Positions 1-12,763 are shown, numbered from the whole stretch's first letter. The stretch is DNA of 63,027 bases, filler included, from Octopus bimaculoides (GCF_001194135.2; 4 parts of 4 records of this genome joined end to end with filler, not necessarily neighbours in it), one strand, 5' to 3'. The notes: generated by a model not told the origin, from the sequence alone. Made by a program: numbers and translations.

Positions 1-34
<34 letters not shown>

Positions 35-957
35 AGAGGGTTAAAAGCTTGAGATATCTACACTGCATATGTGCGAATGTGTTCCATGAACATTTAGACA
101 CATTTTTTTATGAGAGATACCAGACTAACCCACATCGCAGCAAGAAATGCAATGCAAAAAAAGAAGAGCAATTCTGTTCTATTCCCTGATTCTTCACAAA
201 CAGAAAAGGTGGTGTGAAGTGAGTTTTGATATATACTAGCAATCGCACTAATGGTGGTGCCTCATCATGGCCGGGCTCCCTATCTGAAACCCGATACATC
301 ACTTGGAATTTTGTGAAAGTGGTGACCCAGCATGCCTGCAGTCCAATCGTTGACACAAGTAAAAGATATAAATAAATCGTTTAAAATTTGGGTCTTACTG
401 AATTAAGAACTGAATTAAGTTTCAAACGATTGCTGTACAGTCGCATTATCTATTGTACTTCATCGGTTGTCTACATTTTAAACAGTAAAATTTAGTATTT
501 GTTTTAATGAATTAATGACGTAACGTCTCTACATTCGTCGAGAAATGATAGATATATGGTTCGAATCCCTTAACTGGATAATTTCGGGATTCTTTTGCGT
601 TATACTTGTGAAAACCATGTATAATACCGAATTCTTATAATCCTAACCACTTGCATAAAATTGCATGCACACAAATACAAACATAAATATTTAAGCTAAA
701 TGTTTTAAAAAACCTTTAAGCAATTCTGGCGAGTAGCTTATGAATACTTTTTAGTTAATGTCTTTTTTTATTGACATCACCTTACATATTTTGTGTAACT
801 CTTCACATCTCTATTGCTCAAAGACTTTGCGAAACATTTATTTTATGTACACGATATTGCAATTTTTCAAGCAAATTACGATACTTTGTATACATGCGCA
901 AACGCACATGAGGTTTGGCCCAAAGGTTGTGTAACAGTGGGCATGACCTATCCTATG

Positions 958-2112
958 TTGTGGGTCATTCAAGTCGAATATGTTGTTAGAGTAAACCCTC
1001 ATGTCTACAAAGTTACTACTCAAAACAATTGCACCATTTTTTACCCCAGCTATCCATTCCTCTCTGGAAATATTTGGGTGTGCTCTTTTGTGCCCACTTT
1101 ACATTCACTTTCAATTCGTCTCTGCCGTCAATTCGTCACTTAAAAGTGTCCTTCATTGAACCGAACACGTGCAAATATGAGCACGCAAGTTCTAGACTGG
1201 GCAGTGTTAAGGCAACTCTGACCAGCACAATGTGTCGATTGATGGATTTGAGGCCAAAGGTGAGTGTGTTGTCGCTCATTCTCATGGTGAATGTGAATCA
1301 TGTTCAGATGCTTCTTTGGTGTCTTCCTCCTAATGGACGTTTTGAGTGTTTCAATGTACCACTCGCTTTTGACTGTACAGCCACATTCCAGAAAACTCAA
1401 AGAGAATGACACTCTTGTCCTGTTAAATGCCAATCACCATCACATTCTCTGCCGATCGCTGGTTCTTGAATTTCTTAGGTTTTGGCAAAGAGATGTGACG
1501 CCATTCCATTGACTGGGCCTTCATTGCAGTTATCATAAAAACATGGCCACCTTACATCCTTCGTCATCAGATCTGAAAACAAACACACACACATTTTGGG
1601 CTTCAAACGCTTCCAGATTTGCGAAGACTTCTCTCCTTCAAAGCAAACATCAACTGCGCTGGTACCCACCTTTCATGCTCTTTCTCGGCACCCAAAGTAC
1701 ATTTGTGCAGCAAGCACACGAACTGTGACTCGTCTCTACGCACGAATCAATCCGTCCACTCGCTGGAGATGTGTCAATGGACACAGTTGATGATTTCTCA
1801 CTGAGTGGTTTTCCTAAATGCTAATTTCTTCTTTAAACATCATCCTTCACTACAAATAAAGCCTTCCCAGGATGTTGGCCAGCCGGCATCGAACTTCATT
1901 AAGACTTCAATGCTACCCCGTTGCTTCTACTTGGAATCTTTTATTTGCCTGCAATGAAAAAGATCAGCAAAAAGAGTTTCAAAAGATTTCAATAAAGATT
2001 TCCTCTAACCTCATGACAATTCGAATGAAAGACAGATGGGAGAAATTGGATGTGTTTTGTTATTGGTTCTTGTTCTTTAGGTTTAGATTCTAAATTCAAG
2101 CATGACCTCCAT
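958..2112 (-). mobile_element. Decayed mariner (Tc1/mariner) transposon with frameshifted, stop-riddled transposase
   Basis: Minus-strand translation gives mariner motifs in order: KQRGSIEVL (1926-1900), LQRVDGLIRA*RRVTVRVLA, WVPAQL (1668-1651; WVPxxL motif), KAQSMEWRHISLPKPKKFKNQRSA (from 1521), TVKSEWYIETLKTSIRRK..IHHENERQH, HVFGSMKDT, KWAQKSTPKYFQRGMDSWGKKWCNC. Ends are approximate: degenerate TIR-like gggtcattcaa near 962 and catgacctccatg near 2101. Confidence 0.9.
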
Positions 2113-2228
2113 GTGGGGATGCACTTAATCCGTTGCCCAGTTCAACCCCATCACCTGATACCAGTAGGGACCTTTAGCAAAGTCCACTCCGTTGCAACAT
2201 ACAGGCTAGGTCTCTGATTTGAACATAC

Positions 2229-2285
2229 TTTCCTCATTTTCTTGGAAATTGTGTAAAAGACCATAGACACTGCCTTGCCTCATGA
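2229..2285 (-). CDS. Candidate 57-nt symmetric (phase 1-1) coding exon, xMRQGSVYGLLHNFQENEE
   Basis: Acceptor tattttacgtgttctAG, donor GTatgt, open frame. The peptide resembles the kinase subdomain V hinge (M..GS[LV]Y.LLH). No other kinase exon was found in the window. Confidence 0.25.
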
Positions 2286-2520
2286 CTAGAACACGTAAAA
2301 TATATGCACTCTAAAAATATGATGACGAGTTCGTAGAAAAAACTAATCGTATTAATGACAAATCATCTCACACATTTAGACATTTCATCAAACATGAATC
2401 TTAAAAGAATTGGTAAAGTAGAATAAGTTCTCGTGGTGGGAGGATGGGTCAATTGTGATTTTTTTTGGACTGAGACCTAGTTGCAGAATCTTATTAACTA
2501 TTACTATTATATGAAAGAAA

Positions 2521-2547
2521 TCATCATCATCGTTACTATTATTATTA

Positions 2548-2642
<95 letters not shown>
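2521..2642 (+). repeat. (ATC)n/(ATT)n microsatellite
   Basis: Direct reading; source of the poly-Ile ORF 2481..2672. Confidence 0.97.
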
Positions 2643-2643
<1 letters not shown>

Positions 2644-3220
2644 GATTGATACCATCACAAATTTTCTCGTAATGTTAATTTGCTAATTTCCTTTTTACGA
2701 TTTTTTTTTTCTTCCTAACATTCTTTCTTCTCACATTTTTTTCTACATTACATCCATTGTTTAATCACTTACGCCAGTTCTTCTCTTCCATCCGACAACG
2801 TCTTTTTTTTATCGTATTTTTTTACTCTTTTTTTTTATTACACCCTCCATCATTTATCTACTTCATGCTTCCTTGTCTTTTATTTATGGATATATCTTTA
2901 TTTTGTTCATTTGGTCTTCAATTACATTTAAAGTTTAATTTATGGCATTGCTGTCCTTTGAACTCATTCGCTCATCTTCCTTGACAAAACATCAATCAAA
3001 TCGAATGCCCTTTGGCACAATCGGCAAAGCAGCGAGCAATGGGTCCTGCGCTATGATTTAGTTATGTGTATTTAGATTTTGAGATCAAATCCTGCCGAAG
3101 CTGAGTGTCTTCTTTCACTTTGATCGAATAGGTATCATTACTCATGTGTTATTGACCATTTGGTTTATTGAACCACGTTTTCGAATGCTATCGGCTTTCG
3201 CCAATATTACAAACTATTAA

Positions 3221-3430
3221 GGCGGTGAACTGGCAGAATGCTTAGCATGCCGGGCAAAATGCTTAGTGGCACTTCGTCCGATTTCATGTTCTGAGCTCAA
3301 ATTCCGCCGAGGTTGACTTTGCCTTTCATTCTTTCGGGATCGATAAATTAAGTACCAGTCAAGTATTGAGGTCGAGTTAATCGACGTAGCCCTTCTCCCA
3401 AACCTGCTGACCTTCTGACAAAATTTGAAA
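3221..3430 (+). mobile_element. tRNA-head SINE family B (ggcggtgagctggcaga...gttcaaattccgccgagg...ggtcgataaattaagtaccag)
   Basis: A/B-box-like head (GTTCAAATTCC). Flanked by a 21-bp direct repeat cca[a/g]tattacaaac[t/c]attaag at 3201-3221 and 3431-3451. More than 10 homologous copies in the window. Confidence 0.9.
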
Positions 3431-3793
3431 CCAGTATTACAAACCATTAAGAACGTCAGGACAACTTTAAACTTTTCTACAGAAGGTTTGTAGCTTTATA
3501 ATCTAAGTTTCTCCGGTGGTTGACTTAACTTTTCATCCTTTTGTGTAGAGAAGGGGTTTTCAATCATTTTTAGCCAATAGACCCCTTTTGAATCTTATTT
3601 TACTCGACTGAACTCGAAAGATTTGTTCGGTCAGGGATGACCTGAGGCTAAACAACTGCAACACTGCAAGTCAGTCAGAGAGCCTCTCAACGGAGACGGG
3701 AAAAATTTCACCCCCATTTCAAATTTTTGGCCAAATTTTAAACCCCAAATGGAAAAATTGTAATAAACAGTTTAAACCTTAATGCTAAACTAG

Positions 3794-4200
3794 TTACTCT
3801 TTTACTCTTTTACTTGTTTCAGTCGTTTGACTGCGGCCATACTGGAGCACCGCCTTTAGTCGAGCAAATCGACCCCAGGACTTATTCTTTGCAAGCCTAG
3901 TACTTATTCTATCGATATCTATTTGCCGAACCGCTAAGCTACGGGAACGTAAACACACCAGCATCGGTTGTCAAGCGATGTTGGGGGTCAAACACAGACA
4001 CACGAACACACATACACATATACATATACATATATACGACGGGCTTCTTTCAATTTCCGTCTACCAAATCCACTCACAAGGCTTTGGTCGGCCCGAGGCT
4101 ATAGTAGAAGACACTTGCCCAAGGTGCCACGCAGTGGGACTGAACTCGGAACCATGCGGTTGGTAAGCAAGCTACTTACCACACAACCACTTCTGCGCCT
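3794..4200 (-). mobile_element. tRNA-head SINE family A (about 400-500 bp, internal TG/TA microsatellite, (taaaagag)n tail)
   Basis: Sense reads aggcgcag..gtggttgtgtggtaag..ggttccgagttcagtccc..caccttgggcaagtgtctt (CORE-like segment). Near-identical copies at 6786, 7657, 23672, 29858, 38687. Confidence 0.92.
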
Positions 4201-5134
4201 ATTTAATATAATTTAAGTATTCATGACTTTTTAAAATTAAGAATTATTTTTCACAACAGACATGAGCACTCAGAGATTCTGACAAACTTGTAGTTCGCAC
4301 TAGAACTATTTCCTCTTTGGTTCTACATAGTCGTCCTTCCAGCTAAAAATGACAGCTAAATTACACAATATCATAACAGACAATGAAGAATGCTTTCAAT
4401 ATCATAGTTCTAGATGTTTTGATCTGAAGGTTTGCATAAAAGAGTTGGAAAACCTTTCGGATTGGTGTGCGTTTGATGTGAGTTTTCTTGAGGTTGAAAA
4501 ACGACAACACCTTGTTTAAAGCCACCAACACAAGGTCTATCAGTAACAGGATTCATCAGTGCATACGATTCAACATTGCATGCTTAGGAGTGTTTTACAG
4601 CCCTTAACAATGTTCATGCCTTAAGGTGAAATGTCACAGTCCTAAACTAAGCGGGACAGGTGGATCAATGGATCGTACCTCATGTATCTACATCTAGGAG
4701 CCCCACGGTAAAAACATAATCAACAACACGTGTAGTACTACCATACTACATCGAACACTACGATACAATAGCGACTACCATTAATACTACTTCTAATGGA
4801 GATACTTCAACCGATATCTTTTATTCCATTAAAACACACGTAGACATACAGACACAAATGCTTTCATATCTTCCATTTGTCCCTCAGCTAATATCATTAA
4901 CACAAATTCTGCCAGCAGTATTAAAACTACTAATGCTACTGTCAGCAATAATAATTACACAACGTTACACATTTTAACTTCATTACACATATTGCCATCA
5001 TCACCATCGCCAACACCACCGACACTAGTACATTACCAATCACCAGCACCACCATTCGGACCACCACCGCCACCACTACCACCATACCAAACACCAACGT
5101 CACCAGCGTTACTTCCACCGCCCTAACGAACAGC

Positions 5135-5305
5135 GAGGGAGCCTCTTTGTGGTAGACAGACGTTCTAGAAATAACAGCTCAGCTATATTTCACGTCCAGT
5201 CGTTAGACAGTGCCATAGGTTCCCTTAAATCAGATGGTCACGGATGGCTAGGTATTCGATCGTTGGATTGCTTTGTACAGAGGTAAGTTGGGATTAGACA
5301 TCATC
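5135..5305 (-). mobile_element. Interspersed repeat family F (tttagccccaggtcagccctgatc...ggctgctatttctagc), degenerate copy
   Basis: Homologous segments at about 7530-7610, 17570-17760, 20360-20540, 31325-31560, 34480-34660 and 35520-35715. Class not determined. Confidence 0.6.
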
Positions 5306-6737
5306 AGCAACAGCTATGGCAACAAGATCCTCATCAATATCATTAACAAAAAATGCCATCAACGACCGTTGTTATTGCATCAGCCTCCCATCGCAATCGC
5401 CATTTAAAAGCATCACCACAGAAACAACGCCAGACAGTTTTCCTCCATAACATCCCTCGCAATAATCTCGAACCACCACCATCACCACCACCACCACCAC
5501 CACCACAACCACCACCACCANNNNNNNNNNNNNNNNNNNNNNNNNNNNNNNNNNNNNNNNNNNNNNNNNNNNNNNNNNNNNNNNNNNNNNNNNNNNNNNN
5601 NNNNNNNNNNNNNNNNNNNNNNNNNNNNNNNNNNNNNNNNNNNNNNNNNNNNNNNNNNNNNNNNNNNNNNNNNNNNNNNNNNNNNNNNNNNNNNNNNNNN
5701 NNNNNNNNNNNNNNNNNNNNNNNNNNNNNNNNNNNNNNNNNNNNNNNNNNNNNNNNNNNNNNNNNNNNNNNNNNNNNNNNNNNNNNNNNNNNNNNNNNNN
5801 NNNNNNNNNNNNNNNNNNNNNNNNNNNNNNNNNNNNNNNNNNNNNNNNNNNNNNNNNNNNNNNNNNNNNNNNNNNNNNNNNNNNNNNNNNNNNNNNNNNN
5901 NNNNNNNNNNNNNNNNNNNNNNNNNNNNNNNNNNNNNNNNNNNNNNNNNNNNNNNNNNNNNNNNNNNNNNNNNNNNNNNNNNNNNNNNNNNNNNNNNNNN
6001 NNNNNNNNNNNNNNNNNNNNNNNNNNNNNNNNNNNNNNNNNNNNNNNNNNNNNNNNNNNNNNNNNNNNNNNNNNNNNNNNNNNNNNNNNNNNNNNNNNNN
6101 NNNNNNNNNNNNNNNNNNNNNNNNNNNNNNNNNNNNNNAACCACCAATACCACTTTCATGCCGAATCTGTCATTACTAAACATCCTCTACCAATTAAAGT
6201 CTATAATCTCTCTCGCTCTCTCTCTCTCTCTCTTTCTCTCTCTTTCTCGCTGACACACACACACACACACACACACTCACACATACACGCGCGCGCGCAC
6301 ACACACACACACACATACACGCACGCACACGCACGCACACGCTCGCGCGCACACACACAGTGCTTCGGGCACCTGTCGTTACAGATTAGTTCTTCATTTG
6401 TTAAGTGATATTTAGTTGTTCGATTCTTCGTCCCTTCCTCTCTTTCAACTTTGATCCCATCATCACAACAACCACTCCTTCATCACCAACAACACCGTCG
6501 CCCACAACAAACCCCATTATTCACATCGAGTTCTGTTCCAGTCGGTCGACTGGCCTGGATTTTCGGCAGCCGTTTTGGCGTATGTGTGTGTTTGTGAATG
6601 TATATATAGGGATATGCATACATTGTGTGCACACACACACACACACATGAAACGCCCGCATAGTGACGTTTATATATACATACACATTTGTGCATATGCA
6701 TATATATACATATATCCATGCATTATACACACACATA

Positions 6738-6778
<41 letters not shown>

Positions 6779-6785
6779 GTATGCA

Positions 6786-7173
6786 TACTCTTTTACTCTT
6801 TTACTTGTTTCAGTCATTTGACTGCGGCCATGCTGGAGCACCGCCTTTAGTCGTGCAAATCGACCCCAGGACTTATTCTTTGTTAACTTAGTACTTATTC
6901 TATCGGCCTTTTTTGCCGAACCGCTAAATTACAGGGACGTAAACACACCAGCATCGGTTGTCAAGCGATGTTGGGAGGGACAGGCACAGACACACAAACA
7001 CATACACATACACACACACACATATATATACATATATACGATGGGCTTCTTTCAGTTTCCGTCTACCAGATCCACTCACAAGGCTTTGGTCAGCTCGAGG
7101 CTATAGTAGAAGACATGTGGCTGGTTTGCAAGCTGGTTTGCAAGCTACTTACCACACAGCCACTCCTGCGCCT
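6786..7173 (-). mobile_element. SINE family A copy with an internal deletion and a 12-bp duplication (ggtttgcaagct x2)
   Basis: Alignment by eye to the 3794-4200 copy. Confidence 0.92.
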
Positions 7174-7656
7174 ATACATACATATATATATATACGAAAA
7201 CATACGCATCTTAAAAACAGCACACGCACACATATATAGATAGATAGATACATCGATAGATACATAGACAAATATATAGATATGTGTATGTAGATATAAT
7301 TTATGTTTTACTTATATTTGCACATCGTAGCTATAACTAAGAGATCATTTGTTTTAATATAGATAAGAATTGATGATAACGATGGTCGTGTTGATAATTA
7401 TGAATTATGATGACGCAGACGAACATTCTCAATGATGGATGATGATAATGGACGATTCAAGTAATTACTTTCGATGATGGAGAAGATTCTGGAAGGCTTG
7501 CCATGTACTTTCACAACAATGATACCGTTGATGTTGTTGTTTAGCCCAAGGTAAGCCTTGCTTTACTCCACGTATGATCAAAAGCTGTTCTATTCTGACC
7601 ATTCTAACTTGTTTCAGAACAAAATGTACGTTGTATGATTTGTCCGTCTTAAGCAG

Positions 7657-8155
<499 letters not shown>

Positions 8156-8621
8156 ATTAGTTAGAGGAATTTGGCTGTTATTTTTGAAGGCCTACCGGCC
8201 ACTTTGGTGATTGTTATTTGGTTCGTGGCTGGTGATATTGCAGTAGTAAGTTGATGGTAAATATAATGGTGAGACGATGAGAACAACGACGATTATTGAT
8301 ATTCCTTCATTTACAGTCTGCAACAGAAATATTTCTGCCATTTTAAACGGCCATTATTATAGCGCTAGTAAAATTTCGTAAATGGTAATAGAGTGTTCGA
8401 ATAACTAATGTTCCACCCGTTTCTCGGTTACCAATATCATTTAGATGGGTGCTCATCGTGCGTTTTCCGTCGGGACGATGGCCAACCTGCAAAAATATGG
8501 TAGGTTTTTTTTTTTTTTCCGCCTATATTTTTGTCTTTTTGTTTTTTGACGGCGCACTCTGTACCGCTGCTGCTGCTGCTACTACTACTACTACTACTGC
8601 TGCTGCCGCTGCTTTTGCAAA

Positions 8622-8655
<34 letters not shown>

Positions 8656-8819
8656 GTTATGATGACGACGGCGAAGGCGACTTCGATAACGAGGACTGTT
8701 ATGATGAGTCCGAGTCTCTTAGATACTGGGCAACTCTGTTGTCTGCGTTGCAGACATAATTTGCTAATTGGATTAACGCTTTATAACATTGATACTTCGT
8801 ACAGCTACGTGCACAGAAA

Positions 8820-8891
<72 letters not shown>

Positions 8892-9276
8892 NNNNNNNNN
8901 NNNNNNNNNNNNNNNNNNNNNNNNNNNNNNNNNNNNNNNNNNNNNNNNNNNNNNNNNNNNNNNNNNNNNNNNNNNNNNNNNNNNNNNNNNNNNNNNNNNN
9001 NNNNNNNNNNNNNNNNNNNNNNNNNNNNNNNNNNNNNNNNNNNNNNNNNNNNNNNNNNNNNNNNNNNNNNNNNNNNNNNNNNNNNNNNNNNNNNNNNNNN
9101 NNNNNNNNNNNNNNNNNNNNNNNNNNNNNNNNNNNNNNNNNNNNNNNNNNNNNNNNNNNNNNNNNNNNNNNNNNNNNNNNNNNNNNNNNNNNNNNNNNNN
9201 NNNNNNNNNNNNNNNNNNNNNNNNNNNNNNNNNNNNNNNNNNNNNNNNNNNNNNNNNNNNNNNNNNNNNNNNNNNN

Positions 9277-9309
<33 letters not shown>

Positions 9310-9574
9310 CATGTATATATATATATATATACATACATACATACACATAAAAGCACACACAAATATATGCACACACATGTATAATAGACACACACACACA
9401 CACACACACGCACGCACACACATTAACTAACACTATATAAACAGCCTTTACTGCGTATAAAAATAATCACGCACCTGCACGCTCCTACGGATAAACTAAC
9501 ACACGCAAACACACGCACACACATACAAACACATACAAGCACACACGTTCATGCTACGGCAGTTGCGACGTTAC

Positions 9575-9746
9575 CTTGTGTCCCATAAGTTTGTCAGCCC
9601 GTTGAATATAAATCCTGCATAAATCGTGGGTTACATAGTGGGACAGTCCGGGCGTTCAGTGACTGGCTCGACGCCACCTCGTAATGTCGGATGGTTTGAC
9701 GTCATGTCATTTGTGACAGAGGGAAGAGTGGGAGTTGAAAATATAT
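9575..9746 (-). other. Candidate 172-nt exon
   Basis: About 100-nt polypyrimidine tract ending ctcttcctctctccAG; donor CAAG|GTAACG; unique and locally GC-richer. Either ends a frame (IFSTPTLPSVTNDMTSNHPTLRGGVEPVTERPDCPTM*) or starts one (ATG GGA CAC AAG|gt at 9586-9575). Confidence 0.4.
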
Positions 9747-10329
9747 CTGGAGAGAGGAAGAGTGGGGGAAGGAGGTTGAAAGAATAAGAATTTAATTGTG
9801 AGAGAAAGAGAGGAAGACAGAGAAACAAACAAGAAGAGAAATTGAGTGGAGAAAGATAGACTAAAAGAAAGGAACAAGTATTTGCATATGTGAGTGTGTG
9901 TGTGTTTGTGTGAGTGTGTGTGTGTGTGTTTGTGTGAGTGTGTGTGTATGTGTTACGTGTTGCTGTGACTTGTTAGTATGCATGCGGATAAATGTTTTGA
10001 GGATGTAGCAACGTTTATATATGGGTGTGAGGTTTAAGTACGATGTATATGTGTGTGTGTGTTTGTGCGAATATATATAAGTGTGTGCATATAAATATGA
10101 ATGCGTGTGTGTGTGTGTGTGTGTGTGTGTTAATTTGTTTATGGTGCATGTGTGTGTGTGTGTTAATTTGTTTATGGTGCATGTGTGTGTGCGTGCGTGT
10201 GTGCGGGTGTGTATGTGTGCATGCGTGTGTTTGTATGCATAAAAGTGCATGTTTATGAAAATACTGAAAAGAAATGAACTGCTAAGAGCAAATAGGTTAA
10301 AAGATTGCATTAACAAATAGAAAAAATGG

Positions 10330-10360
10330 GCATCGACATCATCGTCATCATCATCAACAA

Positions 10361-10411
<51 letters not shown>

Positions 10412-10480
10412 TATCATCACCATCTTCGTCGTCATCATCATCATCGTCATCATCATCATCGTCATCCATCATCAACATCC
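10330..10480 (+). repeat. (ATC)n microsatellite
   Basis: Direct reading; source of the poly-Asp/poly-Ile ORFs. Confidence 0.95.
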
Positions 10481-11134
10481 ATCATTAGCACCATCGTTCT
10501 TACCTCCACCGCCACCATTATCCTATTCACCGCCATCAGCAGCAGCAGCAACATTATCAACACATCAATTATGCTCTCCATAAAAGATAAATTCATGAAT
10601 TTTCACCCTGTCCCAACCACTCTTTATTTATTCAAGAAGATAATGGTCATTAAGCTATGTGAAATGCATAGAGTGAGTCTAACCCTAAGAATGAAAAAAT
10701 AAATATATATAAATAAAAGGAGGAGGCAGTACTGTTTACAAAACACAAATTCAAAGCACTATGGAGTACTCTCCGATATGTTGGATGTATCCCATGCACA
10801 AAATATTCAGTAAAATAATCCTAGTTCAAAAAATGTCTTACGACCATTGCAGTTGAGTTGTTGCTGCAAAACTGTTTACCATTAACAGTTCAGAGACGAG
10901 GAAAGGGGTTTATGCAGTAACAATCCTCTTTGAAACGTATTGAAGTCACAGTTGATCAGAACTTAGAGCCATGTTACCTCTGCTCTACGAAAGATTTCAT
11001 TTTGAATAGATTTTTACATTCCTACCTGCTCACGGTCTTATGTTGGCCAGATCAATAGTTCGAAGAGTAGACTTCCATATTCGACGAGGCTCTGCTTCTG
11101 CTGATGTTATACAGGTCTACAAACGTTTCGTGCT

Positions 11135-11305
11135 CAGATGAAGGCATGGCCGTGTGGTTATAACACTCGCTTTGCTACCATATGGTTACGGGTGCAATCC
11201 TACTGTACGGCAGTCTGAGCAAATGTCTTCTACAATAGCCTCGAGCAGAGCAATTTCCTTGTGAGTATATTCGGGAGACGGAAACTGTATGGATGACTGT
11301 CGTGT
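11135..11305 (+). mobile_element. SINE family A, 5' half (diverged)
   Basis: gaaggcatggccgtgtggtt..ggtgcaatcctactg..gagacggaaactg matches the family A head. Confidence 0.8.
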
Positions 11306-11314
11306 GTGCGTGCG

Positions 11315-11358
<44 letters not shown>

Positions 11359-11500
11359 CTTGTGCAAGCTCTCTATCTACTTGAAACTATTAATAGCCTT
11401 GTTATCCACAAATAAAGAATAATTTATTCACCAATGCGGTGTTGAACACTCACTTTCACAGTTCGATATTAGCGCGTGCTCGTATACATATATATATATT

Positions 11501-11715
11501 TTTTATTCTTTTATTTGTTTCAGTCATTTGACTGCGTACATGCTGGAGCACCGCCTTTAGTTGAACAAAACGACCCAGGACTTATTCCTTGTAAGCCTAG
11601 TACTTATTCTATCGGAGTCTTTTGCCGAACCATTAAGTTACGGGGTCGTAAACACACCAGCATCGGTTGTCAAGTGATGGTGGGGGGAAAAACATAGACA
11701 CAGAAACACACACAA
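11501..11715 (-). mobile_element. SINE family A, 3' half
   Basis: tttcagtcatttgactgcg..catcggttgtcaag. Confidence 0.88.
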
Positions 11716-11772
11716 GCATATACTTCTACATAAATATCTATATATGTAGGAAAGAGAGAAAGTGATTTACTT

Positions 11773-11900
11773 AAGCGCAGGCATGTCGGTCTGGTAAAAA
11801 GCTTGCTTTCGTTCCGGGTTCAGTCCCACTGCGTGGCACCTAGGGCGAACGTCTTCTACAAAAGCCTTGTGAGTGGATTTCGTAAACGGAAACTGAATGA
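11773..11900 (+). mobile_element. SINE family A, 5' part with deletions, runs into a gap
   Basis: ttccgggttcagtcccactgcgtggcacc..aagccttgtgagtggattt. Confidence 0.85.
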
Positions 11901-12732
11901 NNNNNNNNNNNNNNNNNNNNNNNNNNNNNNNNNNNNNNNNNNNNNNNNNNNNNNNNNNNNNNNNNNNNNNNNNNNNNNNNNNNNNNNNNNNNNNNNNNNN
12001 NNNNNNNNNNNNNNNNNNNNNNNNNNNNNNNNNNNNNNNNNNNNNNNNNNNNNNNNNNNNNNNNNNNNNNNNNNNNNNNNNNNNNNNNNNNNNNNNNNNN
12101 NNNNNNNNNNNNNNNNNNNNNNNNNNNNNNNNNNNNNNNNNNNNNNNNNNNNNNNNNNNNNNNNNNNNNNNNNNNNNNNNNNNNNNNNNNNNNNNNNNNN
12201 NNNNNNNNNNNNNNNNNNNNNNNNNNNNNNNNNNNNNNNNNNNNNNNNNNNNNNNNNNNNNNNNNNNNNNNNNNNNNNNNNNNNNNNNNNNNNNNNNNNN
12301 NNNNNNNNNNNNNNNNNNNNNNNNNNNNNNNNNNNNNNNNNNNNNNNNNNNNNNNNNNNNNNNNNNNNNNNNNNNNNNNNNNNNNNNNNNNNNNNNNNNN
12401 NNNNNNNNNNNNNNNNNNNNNNNNNNNNNNNNNNNNNNNNNNNNNNNNNNNNNNNNNNNNNNNNNNNNNNNNNNNNNNNNNNNNNNNNNNNNNNNNNNNN
12501 NNNNNNNNNNNNNNNNNNNNNNNNNNNNNNNNNNNNNNNNNNNNNNNNNNNNNNNNNNNNNNNNNNNNNNNNNNNNNNNNNNNNNNNNNNNNNNNNNNNN
12601 NNNNNNNNNNNNNNNNNNNNNNNNNNNNNNNNNNNNNNNNNNNNNNNNNNNNNNNNNNNNNNNNNNNNNNNNNNNNNNNNNNNNNNNNNNNNNNNNNNNN
12701 NNNNNNNNNNNNNNNNNNNNNNNNNNNNNNNN

Positions 12733-12763
<31 letters not shown>

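Noticed and set aside
108-356. 82-aa ORF as the exon following the kinase-like candidate
   Set aside because: The phase-1 frame after the ctgcAG acceptor stops early and shows no subdomain VI motif.
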